DNA of 64,000 nucleotides from Alphaproteobacteria bacterium (lineage in GTDB: Bacteria; Pseudomonadota; Alphaproteobacteria; SP197): contig OZ219917.1 of the NCBI GenBank assembly GCA_964291415.2, positions 288,001-352,000 of the forward strand. Reading direction: 5' to 3'. The notes under the pieces were generated by a model that saw only the letters and a program-made list of their open reading frames with translations, had not been told where the DNA came from and did no database searches. The translations under genes were made by a program, and so were the position numbers. Shown here piece by piece: positions 37,206-49,648 of the stretch (within the stretch, counting starts at the first letter, position 1; each line of letters begins with the position of its first letter).

Positions 37206-40200
37206 TCCCGGGCCAGGGGCATCAACAGATCCACCCAGTCCGCAAAGCCGAGATCCATGGGATGATGCCTGTCCCAGACAAGGGAAAACTCGGGCCTGCT
37301 GCCCTCGCCCGGGCCTTGGAAACCGCCCAACCAGGCTCTGTCGACGGCACTGCGAATCGCGTCGCTGTCGGGACCTTCGGCCTTCGCGCCGTCCCTTGCC
37401 TTCCTTGCAGCCCAGTCGAAGGATGTCTGCGGTGCGAAGGGGAGCGGGGACTTCAACCCTTCCCGGTAGGCGGCGAGCCAGGGATCGAGGCTCTCCTCTG
37501 CGGGCGCGGCCAGCACACTCGTCACCCAGGCGCCGCCCTCCCGGTAGATCGCGGTCGCTGTCGGCGCCGGGTGTCCTTCAGCCACCAGGGCAAGCTGGTG
37601 CAGGTGGATGGCGATCCGATCGATGGCCCGGAGTCTTCCCGGGCGCCACCACACGAGACCCTCCGGGCCCGTGTGCGGAACGGATCCGATCACGCGGCAG
37701 CCCGCGACCTCGACGTCGATGAGGGTGGGAGCGGACCCGATGGTCTCCCGGAAAGGCGCGAGAAGGTCCACCAGCTCATGTGTGCGCTCGACTTCGTCGC
37801 CAATCAGGACGGCACCCGGTTCGCCGGGCGGAAGTCTGCCGGACGCGATCATCAGGTCTTCGATATCCGCGCACGGCATGCCGGCAAGGCGCATCCCGGC
37901 GACGTCGGCGCGCAACTGGTAGGACTGCAGGGCGTCCAGGGAGAATCGATCCTCCTCCTCGAGTGCGATGTCCGTGCGGGCAAGGCGGATTCCCAGCCGG
38001 TCGCCGAGAAAGGCGCGGGCGGGATTGGCAAAGAACCGCTCCAGCTGAGCGAGACCGACGGTCAAGGGCTCGTCGTCCGGCAGGACCAGCGGCGACAGGA
38101 AGCGACCGGGATCCTTGTTCTGATCACCCGCCTGCGTGAGGGCACGGGCCACATTGCACATGGGGCCTGCATAGCTGAAGGAAACACTGTCCGCGCGAAA
38201 GTAGCGCGAGTCGAAGGGCTGCAGGGGATGATCGGTCCTGAAGACGCCGTCCGGAAAACGTTCGGCCAGATAGTCGGCGAGTTCATCGATCACGACGCTG
38301 GGCGGGATCGGTGCGTCATCCCTGATCCCGCGTCCGGTGTAGGTCACGATGAACCCGGTACCGGCCGCCAGCAGCGCCTCGATCACGGAGAAGCGGTCCT
38401 CGTAGCGGCTGTCCCTGTCCCCTCTCTGACGCGGGCTGTTGGCCACCAGATCGAAGGTCGAGGGGCGCGGCGTGGCGGGAAAGACATCGCCGTTCATCCC
38501 CACCAGGCACACGATGCGTGACGGCAGGGGCTGTCCCTCGGCGAGCCGGCTCACGGTGACGCCGTCACCCAGCCAGGCCGAGCCCGCGGAGGGCGCGTTC
38601 GCGAGGCTGTCAAGGACATCGCGGACGACCTCGAAGGCCAGGGGTGCGCTGCCCCGGATCGCCTGGTCCTCGAACTGCCTGACGGTTCCGCGCAGGGCAT
38701 CGACCTCATCCGCCTCTTCCGTCAGGAGCCTGCCGGCCGGAGGAAGGAAGAAACCATCGATCATGTCGTGAAGGGCAAGAACCCAGTCGGCCGCCCCGCG
38801 TTCCGCTCCCAGACTGCCGCGCAGGCTGAAGACGGCCTCGCAGTAGGAGACGAAGCGACCCAGGATCTGGTACTCGCTTTCCGTGGCGAACCGAAAGCTC
38901 CCGCTCTCCAGCCGGCAGGGTGCGACGCCGTGAATGGTGTGGCGGACATCCGCCACCGCATACCCCAGAAGAAGGCGGCGCAGGCCCTCGTACCATGTAT
39001 TGCGGGATCGAGGGTCCTGGCCCTCATGCTCGCGGTGATCGGCATCGACCCCCCAGCGAATCGCCGCGGCATGCACCCAGCGGCGAATGTCGACCAGGCT
39101 TTCCTCGTCGATGCCGAAACACCGGCAGACCAGCGGCGCATCGAGAGGCGCCATCATTTCCTCGGCGCCGCATCGCGAGCGTACCAGGTGCAGCAGATCG
39201 AAGAAGGCCCGCAGCGAGGCGGCCTCGACGGTTCGCCCGCGCGAGAGCGTCACCGGAATCTGTCCCCGCGACTCGAAAACCGACGAGATCGCGGGTTCGT
39301 AGCGTGCGGGATCGGGTGTGAGGATGTGCACGTCCGCCGGCTGAATGTCCGGGTTCTTCTCGAAGAGGTCGAGAAGACAGTCGTGGAGAACCTCGGCCTC
39401 GCGCGTGGCGGAGTGGCAGGAGTGGATCTGCAGCGACCCGTCCGCCGGCACATCCTCTGCCCTTTTTTCCCGGGCAAGCTTCAGATCGAGAATGTCGCGC
39501 TGGATATCCGCCAGGCAGTGGCGTCCTTCGGGTTCGACGAAGTGGTCGAAATCCCGCGCATCCTCCATGTCGACGAGGGTATCGAAGGTGTCGCGCCCGA
39601 TGCGTCCCCAGGCTGCCAGAAGCTCGTTTCCCTCGGTGATGTGAAGCTCTGCGGGATCGTCGTCCCCGGAGCGCACCACGGTCTCGAAGCGGGTGAAGAT
39701 GTCGCCCCAGTACTGCCTGCAGGGATTGATGAGGCAGTAGTGGACCTCCACCCTGGAGGCAATGCGGCGGAGCAGGTCGAGATAGGACGGTGAAAGCGCC
39801 GGAACGGCGAAGAATGTCACGCGCGCGGGCCATCGGCCGGGAACGGCGCCGCCATCGATGGCGGCATGGAAGCGATCGAGGGCATTGACCCAGTGCCCCT
39901 TGCCGACGATGGCCACCAGGTCCTGCCACAATCGAGCCTGCCAGTGCGGTGACGCGCCCGCTTCCCATTCCCGGATCCACTGCGGCCGGTAGAGCAGGCA
40001 CCGGTCGAACATCCGGGCGAGCTCGCCGGAGAGATCAAATCGCTTGCATGGGTCCCCGTCCTCCAGGTAGCGCCTGACCGGTGCGGCGACGGGCTTCTTC
40101 GCGAACCCGGGCAGCATGTCGAACAGGTGCCACCTCAGGTTGTCCGGTGCAAAGGGCTGCGCCTCGGGCAGATCGGGGACCACATCACGCATCATCGACC

Positions 40201-40426
40201 AGGCAAACTGTGCCGGCAGTTCAAAGCGGTAGTTCGCCGCGATTCCGTTGGCACGGGCCAGCTCCAGGGTGAGCCAGCGCCACATGGTCGGATGCGACAC
40301 CACCACTCTCTCGGCAACGATGGGATCGGCCGGATACTGCCGCACACGCGCCGCGACATCGCCGGCGAGTGCCTCGAGACTGTTGGAATGGTGAATCTGC
40401 ACTTGTCGGTTCGCACCCGGAGACAT
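37202..40426 (-). CDS. recC: Exodeoxyribonuclease V gamma subunit RecC
   Basis: HSNSLEAL, NPCRQYWGDI, GNELLAAWG..GRD, HSCHS..REAEVLHD, HPLQPFD..YF. Confidence 0.92.
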   Translation of the reverse strand: MSPGANRQVQIHHSNSLEALAGDVAARVRQYPADPIVAERVVVSHPTMWRWLTLELARANGIAANYRFELPAQFAWSMMRDVVPDLPEAQPFAPDNLRWHLFDMLPGFAKKPVAAPVRRYLEDGDPCKRFDLSGELARMFDRCLLYRPQWIREWEAGASPHWQARLWQDLVAIVGKGHWVNALDRFHAAIDGGAVPGRWPARVTFFAVPALSPSYLDLLRRIASRVEVHYCLINPCRQYWGDIFTRFETVVRSGDDDPAELHITEGNELLAAWGRIGRDTFDTLVDMEDARDFDHFVEPEGRHCLADIQRDILDLKLAREKRAEDVPADGSLQIHSCHSATREAEVLHDCLLDLFEKNPDIQPADVHILTPDPARYEPAISSVFESRGQIPVTLSRGRTVEAASLRAFFDLLHLVRSRCGAEEMMAPLDAPLVCRCFGIDEESLVDIRRWVHAAAIRWGVDADHREHEGQDPRSRNTWYEGLRRLLLGYAVADVRHTIHGVAPCRLESGSFRFATESEYQILGRFVSYCEAVFSLRGSLGAERGAADWVLALHDMIDGFFLPPAGRLLTEEADEVDALRGTVRQFEDQAIRGSAPLAFEVVRDVLDSLANAPSAGSAWLGDGVTVSRLAEGQPLPSRIVCLVGMNGDVFPATPRPSTFDLVANSPRQRGDRDSRYEDRFSVIEALLAAGTGFIVTYTGRGIRDDAPIPPSVVIDELADYLAERFPDGVFRTDHPLQPFDSRYFRADSVSFSYAGPMCNVARALTQAGDQNKDPGRFLSPLVLPDDEPLTVGLAQLERFFANPARAFLGDRLGIRLARTDIALEEEDRFSLDALQSYQLRADVAGMRLAGMPCADIEDLMIASGRLPPGEPGAVLIGDEVERTHELVDLLAPFRETIGSAPTLIDVEVAGCRVIGSVPHTGPEGLVWWRPGRLRAIDRIAIHLHQLALVAEGHPAPTATAIYREGGAWVTSVLAAPAEESLDPWLAAYREGLKSPLPFAPQTSFDWAARKARDGAKAEGPDSDAIRSAVDRAWLGGFQGPGEGSRPEFSLVWDRHHPMDLGFADWVDLLMPLARE

Positions 40427-40518
40427 CGCCGCCCTCACGGGTTATGTGGCGTGGTGGCATACCGGTCAAGGGCATCCCGGGGCTTGTTGCCGGCTTCCAA
40501 TGCCACTATGTGATCGCC

Positions 40519-41382
40519 ATGGTCCTCCGGTCCTGGCGCAGCAAACCACCCCTGAAGTGGCTTCCCCTTGTCGGCTTGTCCGGCAAACGCCCGGTGGTCA
40601 ACGTCCTCAGGCTCGAGGGGACGATCATGGCGTCCTCGCGCTTCAGGCGTGGCCTCAACCTGGCGGGCCTGGAGCCCTTGATTGACCGTGCCTTCTCGGC
40701 CGGCCGGCCGGCTGCCGTCGCCCTCGCCATCAATTCTCCGGGCGGCTCACCGGTGCAGTCGGCGCTCATTGCGGCAAGGATCCGGACACTGGCCGACGAG
40801 AAGAAGCTTCCTGTTATCGCCTTTGCCGAGGATGTCGCCGCGTCCGGCGGCTACTGGCTTGCCTGCGCCGCAGACGAGATCTATGCCGACCACAGTTCGA
40901 TCATCGGCTCGATCGGCGTGATCCATGCCGGGTTCGGCCTGCACGGCTTCCTCGAGAATCATGGCATCGAGCGCCGTCTCCACACCGCCGGCGACCGCAA
41001 GGCAATGCTCGATCCCTTCGTTCCTGAATCCGAACAGGACGTCAAGAGGCTGTCGTCCCTGCTGAAGGAACTTCACGTCACCTTCAGGAATCACGTGCGC
41101 GAACGCCGGGGAGACCGTCTGAAGTCGAGCGCCAGAACGCTGTTCTCAGGCGAGTTCTGGACCGGGGACCGGGCTCTGGCCATGGGTCTCGTGGATGGCA
41201 TCGGTGACTGTCGCACCGTCATGCGCGAGCGCTTTGGCGACAAGGTCCGGTTCAGAACCATTGCCAGGCGCCAGCCCCTGGGCGGTCTCGTCGGACGCAG
41301 CATCGTATCGACCGACGGGCTGGCGGATGACCTCGTGGGCGCCGTGGAGGAACGGCTCCTCTGGCAGCGCTACGGTCTTTGA
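40519..41382 (+). CDS. S49 family peptidase (SppA-like)
   Basis: INSPGGSPVQS, EDVAASGGYWLA, SIIGSIGV. Confidence 0.9.
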   Translation: MVLRSWRSKPPLKWLPLVGLSGKRPVVNVLRLEGTIMASSRFRRGLNLAGLEPLIDRAFSAGRPAAVALAINSPGGSPVQSALIAARIRTLADEKKLPVIAFAEDVAASGGYWLACAADEIYADHSSIIGSIGVIHAGFGLHGFLENHGIERRLHTAGDRKAMLDPFVPESEQDVKRLSSLLKELHVTFRNHVRERRGDRLKSSARTLFSGEFWTGDRALAMGLVDGIGDCRTVMRERFGDKVRFRTIARRQPLGGLVGRSIVSTDGLADDLVGAVEERLLWQRYGL

Positions 41383-41385
41383 GGG

Positions 41386-42291
41386 ATGTCCGTTCCCTTC
41401 ATCCAGGAACCCGACGTGGTGCGGGGCATGGCCACCCGGGTCTCGCCCCTGGTGCGTCGCATCGTCGCCGACAATCCCTCCGTCTTCACCTACCATGGCA
41501 CCGGCACGTTCATCGTCGGCCACGGTGAGGTGGCGGTGATCGACGCCGGTCCGGCGCTGGAGCGCCATGTCGAGGCCATTCTCGACGCCACCCGGGGCGA
41601 GACCATCACGCACCAGTTCATCACGCACACCCACAGCGATCATTCGCCCGCCGCACGGCTCCTCAAGGAGGCGGTTGGCGCCGAAACCTGGGCCTATGGC
41701 CCGGCCACCGGAGGCGATGACGGCATGACGCCCGTGGACGAAAGCGAGGATCACGCCTTCGCGCCCGATCACCTGCTCCGCCACGGCGATCGAATCTCAG
41801 GACGGGGATGGACCATCGAGGCCGTGCACACGCCCGGTCACGCCTCCAACCACATGTGCTATGCCCTGGCCGAGGAGATGACGCTCTTCTCGGGCGATCA
41901 CGTCATGGGCTGGTCGACAACCGTCGTGTCGCCTCCCGACGGCGACATGTCGGCCTATTTCGACAGCCTCGAGCGTGTCCTCGAACGCGGCGATGCCATC
42001 CTCAGGCCCACCCACGGCGCCGCCATCACCGATCCGGCGACCTTTGTCCGTGCCCTCATCGACCATCGCAGGATGCGCGACCGGCAGATCATCGCCTGCC
42101 TCGATGACGGGATCGGGACCATTCCGGCCATGGTCGAGACACTCTACGCCACCACCGACCGCCGCCTCTTTCCGGCGGCCCGGCGCTCCGTTCTGGCCCA
42201 CATCATCCGTCTCGTTCACCAGGGACTGATCGAAGCAGACGGCACGCCGGACGAACGGACACGTTACCGCCTCAACACAGCACGACAGTAA
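41386..42291 (+). CDS. MBL-fold metallo-hydrolase
   Basis: THTHSDH, HTPGH, SGDHVMGWST, PTHG. Confidence 0.9.
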   Translation: MSVPFIQEPDVVRGMATRVSPLVRRIVADNPSVFTYHGTGTFIVGHGEVAVIDAGPALERHVEAILDATRGETITHQFITHTHSDHSPAARLLKEAVGAETWAYGPATGGDDGMTPVDESEDHAFAPDHLLRHGDRISGRGWTIEAVHTPGHASNHMCYALAEEMTLFSGDHVMGWSTTVVSPPDGDMSAYFDSLERVLERGDAILRPTHGAAITDPATFVRALIDHRRMRDRQIIACLDDGIGTIPAMVETLYATTDRRLFPAARRSVLAHIIRLVHQGLIEADGTPDERTRYRLNTARQ

Positions 42292-42313
42292 TGCCCCAGG
42301 GAGACCTTGAACC

Positions 42314-42859
42314 ATGATACAACGACTTGTTTCCGCTCTCACGGTCGTCGCCGGCCTCGGCGCGGCCGGAGCGGCGGCGGATGACAATCCGCAGGTGTTC
42401 TTCGATATCGAGATCAACGACGAGCCGGCCGGGCGCATCGTCATCGAGTTGAGAATGGACGTCGCCCCGAAGACCGCGGAGAACTTCCGCCAGCTTGCCA
42501 CCGGCGAGGCGGGTTTCGGATACGAGGGTTCACGGTTTCACCGGGTGATCGCCGACTTCATGATCCAGGGGGGCGATTTCACCCGGGGCAACGGAACCGG
42601 AGGCAAGTCGATCTACGGCGCCATGTTCGAGGACGAGAACTTCACCCTGAAGCATACCGGACCGGGCCTTCTTTCCATGGCCAACCGGGGTCCCGACACC
42701 AACTCGTCGCAGTTCTTCATCACCACCGTTCCCACACCGTGGCTTGACGGCAAGCATGTCGTCTTCGGCCATGTCGTCGAGGGCATGGACGTCGTCAGGA
42801 CAATCGAGGTTTCCGCCAACAACGCAGCGCGGATTTCCACCTCGGGAGAACTTGATTGA
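42314..42859 (+). CDS. Cyclophilin-type peptidyl-prolyl cis-trans isomerase with signal peptide
   Basis: [55 protein letters not shown]. Confidence 0.95.
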   Translation: MIQRLVSALTVVAGLGAAGAAADDNPQVFFDIEINDEPAGRIVIELRMDVAPKTAENFRQLATGEAGFGYEGSRFHRVIADFMIQGGDFTRGNGTGGKSIYGAMFEDENFTLKHTGPGLLSMANRGPDTNSSQFFITTVPTPWLDGKHVVFGHVVEGMDVVRTIEVSANNAARISTSGELD

Positions 42860-43431
42860 TCGGCCGCATCGCCGCCCTTCTGGTCCTCGTCACGCTGAGC
42901 GCGACGGCGGACGACAACACGATACTCCTGGACCGGATCGAGGCCTATCTCGATTCGATCACGTCGCTCGATTCACGGTTCGTCCAGACCAGCCAGGACA
43001 TGACGCATCTCTCCGGGTCGTTCCAGCTCAAGCGACCGCACTTTCTGCGATTCGCCTATGACGATCCGCCGACCCTGATCATCGCCAGGGGCGAGCGTCT
43101 CGTGTTTCGCGACGGCGAGACCGGAGAGATCACGGTAGGTTCGGTGGAGGGCACGCCGGCACAGTTTCTGCTGCGTCCGCAGATCCGGTTCGGCGACGAC
43201 GTGCGGGTCGCCGACGTGAGGCGGGACGGTGGTTTCGTGGCCGTCACCCTGGAGTCGGCGGAGGAACCGGGGACAGGGTCGATCTCGCTCATTCTCGCCG
43301 AGGACCCCCTTGCCCTCGAACAGTGGCTGGTCCGCGATGCCCAGGGCGTGGTCACGCGAATCACCCTCGTCAGTCCCCGATTCGGCGTCGAGCTCGACAA
43401 CAGCCTGTTCGAGATCGACAGCGGTCCCTGA
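42856..43431 (+). CDS. lolA: Outer-membrane lipoprotein carrier LolA family protein
   Basis: Signal peptide; SL..RFVQ, G.F.LKRP..LRF.Y, W.V.D.QG..T; TTGA overlap with cyclophilin. Confidence 0.8.
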   Translation: MIGRIAALLVLVTLSATADDNTILLDRIEAYLDSITSLDSRFVQTSQDMTHLSGSFQLKRPHFLRFAYDDPPTLIIARGERLVFRDGETGEITVGSVEGTPAQFLLRPQIRFGDDVRVADVRRDGGFVAVTLESAEEPGTGSISLILAEDPLALEQWLVRDAQGVVTRITLVSPRFGVELDNSLFEIDSGP

Positions 43432-43434
43432 CGT

Positions 43435-44154
43435 TCAGGCCGCCAGGCGGCGACTCGCCTCGACAAGATCGAGCCAGCGGCTGGAGACGGCATCGCAGAA
43501 CGCCAGCGCCCCTGCCTCGTGCCTGGCGAACTCTTCCGGCCATCCGGCGTGAAAGTCGGGGTCGGTCTCGAAGAGCGAATCGCTCATCTGCGGCCACCAT
43601 TCCTGCCACAACGCCGACGAACACTCGAAGTGGCACTGGAAGCCATAGCTTCCGCCAAGACGGAAGGCCTGGTTGCGGCACCGCCCGCCCGTCATGAGCA
43701 GCGTGGCCCCATCGGGTATGTCGAAGGTGTCCTCGTGGTGCTCGAGGATCCTGACGGGACCGATTCCCGTCAGCAGCGGATCGTTGCCGGCCGCTTCGGT
43801 GGGTTCGAGTTCCGTGAACCCGACTTCTGTCCACCCCTGCCTCCTCACCCTTGCACCGAGTGCCCGGGCAAGGATCTGGCCACCAAGGCAGACTCCGAGG
43901 ACCGGTCGCGAGGCTTCGTGAAACGCCGCCGCCAGGCGCGCCGCGTCACCGAGATAGGGATAGCGGGCGTCGTCCTCGGCATTCTGTGGACCACCAAGCA
44001 TGACCAGGCCGTCCCAGTGTCCCGGTTCCCGAGGCAGCGGCTCGCCTTCTTCCGGACGCACGTAGACCGTCCTGGCGCCACACCTCGCGAAAGTGTCGGC
44101 TATGGTGCCGAGGTGGCTGGACGGCCAGAACTCGATGGCAAGAATGGTCACCAT
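43435..44154 (-). CDS. Class I glutamine amidotransferase (stand-alone, GMP-synthase-like)
   Basis: LGGP, LGVCLGGQ (nucleophile Cys), QCHFE (His-x-Glu). Confidence 0.88.
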   Translation of the reverse strand: MVTILAIEFWPSSHLGTIADTFARCGARTVYVRPEEGEPLPREPGHWDGLVMLGGPQNAEDDARYPYLGDAARLAAAFHEASRPVLGVCLGGQILARALGARVRRQGWTEVGFTELEPTEAAGNDPLLTGIGPVRILEHHEDTFDIPDGATLLMTGGRCRNQAFRLGGSYGFQCHFECSSALWQEWWPQMSDSLFETDPDFHAGWPEEFARHEAGALAFCDAVSSRWLDLVEASRRLAA

Positions 44155-44242
44155 GGCAGGTACCTCCACCCAAGGAAGCTTGCAGGGAATCCCGATCGGT
44201 TCAAGACACCTGCAGCCATGCGTTTTTTGCGCATCTCGGTTT

Positions 44243-44275
44243 CGTGATACGCAATTGTATTTTTGTCGTATCACG
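44243..44275. promoter_or_regulatory. Inverted repeat CGTGATACG-N15-CGTATCACG upstream of putative sRNA
   Basis: Perfect 9-bp arms around an AT-rich spacer in an intergenic region. Confidence 0.45.
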
Positions 44276-44289
44276 TTCCATGTAGCGTT

Positions 44290-44365
44290 GTGCCGGAGGC
44301 ACCGTTTCCTCCCTCAGATTCGGCTTTGGATCCTCCTCGGCGCGCTCCTGGCGCGTTTGTCCTTG
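44290..44365 (+). ncRNA. Putative suhB/MmgR-like (alpha-r8) small RNA
   Basis: Decamer TTTCCTCCCT (44305-44314) inside hairpin GCCGGA...TTCGGC, second anti-SD-like ATCCTCCTC, terminator-like GGCGCGC-TCCTG-GCGCGTT followed by T-rich tract. Confidence 0.55.
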
Positions 44366-44433
44366 CCGCGATGCCTCCGGCCCCTCATCTCCTCAGGTTG
44401 ACAGGACCCCGCCGGCAAGGGGAACAATCGTTC

Positions 44434-45309
44434 ATGTTGACCCTCGACGACCTTGAGCTGGTTGCACGGGGCAAGGTGCGCGACCTCTACCGGCTCGACT
44501 CCTGCCTGCTGATGGTGGCAAGCGACCGCATCTCCGCCTTCGACGTGGTGATGCCGACGGCCATTCCGGACAAGGGACGGATCCTCACCCGTCTCTCCCG
44601 CTTCTGGTTCGACCATCTGCGGCCCGTCGTCGCCAATCACGTGATCTCCACCGACCTTGCCGGCCTTGACCTGGCGGACAGTGACCGCGCCTGGCTCGAA
44701 GGACGCAGCATGATCGTGCGCGAGGCCCGGGTCTTGCCCGTGGAATGCGTTGTGCGCGGCTATCTCGCCGGCAGCGGCTGGAAGGACTACCAGGCGAACG
44801 GCGCCATTGCCGGGCTGCAGCTGCCCCCGGGCCTGCAGCAGGGCGACAGGCTTCCCGAACCTGTCTTCACGCCCTCGACCAAGGCGCCCCGGGGGATGCA
44901 CGACGAAACCATCACCTTTGCCGGGGTCGTCGACAGGCTGGGACGCGAACGCGCCGGCCGCCTGCGTTCTCTCGCCCTCGAGCTCTACGAGGAAGCGCAT
45001 GCCGAGGCCGGCAGACGCGGCATCATTGTCGCCGACACCAAGTTCGAATTCGGAATCATCGACGGCGACATCGTCCTTGTCGACGAGTGCCTGACCAGCG
45101 ACAGTTCCCGCTTCTGGCCGGCCGACACCTGGCAGCCAGGCAGCCCGCCAGTCTCCCTCGACAAGCAGATCCTGCGTGCGTGGCTTGACACCCGGGCCTC
45201 CTGGACACGCACGCCACCGGCTCCCGATATCCCGCACGCGATCGTCGAACAGATCCGCCGGGGCTATATCGAGGCCTGCGAACGGTTGACCGGCCAGCCT
45301 TTCTCCTGA
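44434..45309 (+). CDS. purC: Phosphoribosylaminoimidazole-succinocarboxamide (SAICAR) synthase
   Basis: GKVRDLY, SDRISAFD, ECVVRGYLAGSG, ADTKFEFG, DE.LT.DSSRFW. Confidence 0.95.
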   Translation: MLTLDDLELVARGKVRDLYRLDSCLLMVASDRISAFDVVMPTAIPDKGRILTRLSRFWFDHLRPVVANHVISTDLAGLDLADSDRAWLEGRSMIVREARVLPVECVVRGYLAGSGWKDYQANGAIAGLQLPPGLQQGDRLPEPVFTPSTKAPRGMHDETITFAGVVDRLGRERAGRLRSLALELYEEAHAEAGRRGIIVADTKFEFGIIDGDIVLVDECLTSDSSRFWPADTWQPGSPPVSLDKQILRAWLDTRASWTRTPPAPDIPHAIVEQIRRGYIEACERLTGQPFS

Positions 45310-45357
45310 CCCCGCCACATTGCCTTGGCGGCGAAGGCACGGCATGTTGGTCGCGTG

Positions 45358-48045
<2,688 letters not shown>

Positions 48046-48107
48046 CCGGCCCGGCGAAGATGCCGAACCTGCAAGGGAAGAGGTCGAGAAGACATCCCTT
48101 GCCGGCC

Positions 48108-49470
48108 ATGCGCAGCCTCGTCGTCGCGTGCGCCATCGTCCTGGCCGTGGCGGCGACAGCCGTTCAAGCCCGGGCGGAGATCACCGACCGCGCCGTGGTC
48201 CGGGCGTTCCTGACCCTCATCGCCGGGGAGGAGGGCGACAAGGCGCGCGCCGCGGCCCTGATCGATGCCCAGTGGGAGCCGTCATTCCTGCCGATGGCTC
48301 TCGAAGTGTTCCGCCTGGCCCGCAGCGCGGAAGTCTCCGCCGCTCTTGTGAGAACCATGGAACGCAAGACCGGCGCCGGGCACGGCCACGACCTGGACGC
48401 CTGGCAGCGCGACATGTGGAATGCGCCGGAAGCGCGGCACCCGCGTTATGCCGCCTTCAAGAGCGCGCTCTACAGCCTCATCGACCCGCGATTCTCGGCG
48501 TACTTCGACACGGCCGGCGAAGCGCTCATCCGGCTCGACGAGATCGTCTGGGGCGGCGTTAGGCAGGATGGCATCCCGCCGCTTCGCGACCCGGCGATGC
48601 TGGCCGCGGAAGACAGCCGCTATCTGGAAGACGACCACATCGTGTTCGGTCTCTCGGTCAACGGCGACGCCCGCGCCTATCCGAAGCGCATTCTCGCCTG
48701 GCACGAGATGTTCGTCGACACGGTCGGCGGTGTGCCGGTCGCCGGCGTCTACTGCACCCTGTGCGGTACCGTGATCCTCTTTCACACCGAGCACGAGGGC
48801 GTGAATCACAGGCTCGGAACGAGCGGCTTCCTCTACCGTTCGAACAAGCTCATGTACGACCAGGCCACCCAGTCACTGTGGAGCACGATGCGGGGGAGCG
48901 CCGGTCGTCGGGCCGCTTGCCGGAAAGGGCATCGTGCTGGAGAGGGGGGCCGTGGTGACGACCACCTGGGGCGAGTGGCGCCGGCGGCACCCCGAGACCC
49001 GGGTGCTCTCGCTCGATACCGGTTACCGGCGCGACTATGCCGAAGGGGCGGCCTACCGCGACTACTTCGCGACCGACGATCTCATGTTTGCGGTCCCGGC
49101 CCTGGATGCCCGGCTGAAGAACAAGGACGAGGTCTTCACGGTGCTGCTTGGCCGCCATCCCGACGCACCGCTTGCCATATCGGCCGAGTTCCTCAGCCAA
49201 ACACCCGTCCATCACGATGCCATCGAGGGCACGTCACTCGTGGTGCTCACCGACACGTCGGGGGCGAACCGGGCTTTCGCGAGCGAGGACGTGACCTTCG
49301 CCCGCTACGACGGCGACCGGAGCGTCGAGGACAGCTCCGGCATGATCTGGACGATGGACGAGCACACCCTGACCGCCGAAGACGGACGCATGCTCCACCG
49401 AATCCCGGCGCAGCGGGCGTTCTGGTTCGGCTGGCACGCCGCGTTCCCGAACACCCGACTGGTTCACTAG
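48108..49470 (+). pseudogene. DUF3179-domain secreted protein, split by a single-base frameshift at ~48892-48896
   Basis: GGV.QDGIPPL, ARAYP..IL.WHE, YCTLCG, GTSG.LY.SN..MYD..T.SLWS in frame 1; continues PVVGPLAG...TTWGEWR..HPET...FWFGW.AAFP in the next frame; removing one G from a G5 run restores the ORF. Confidence 0.8.
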
Positions 49471-49648
49471 CACGACAGCCGAGTCAATGTCGCACGCGCG
49501 CAACGACCAACATGGTCAACATTGTCATGCGCCTGCTCGGCGTCATGCCTGTCGAGCAGAAGGACGATTGGGGTGTCGCAACGAGACGACACTCGTCTGG
49601 AGAATCGATATCGGCAACGAGGCCACCGGCCTGTCGGGCACGCGGGGA

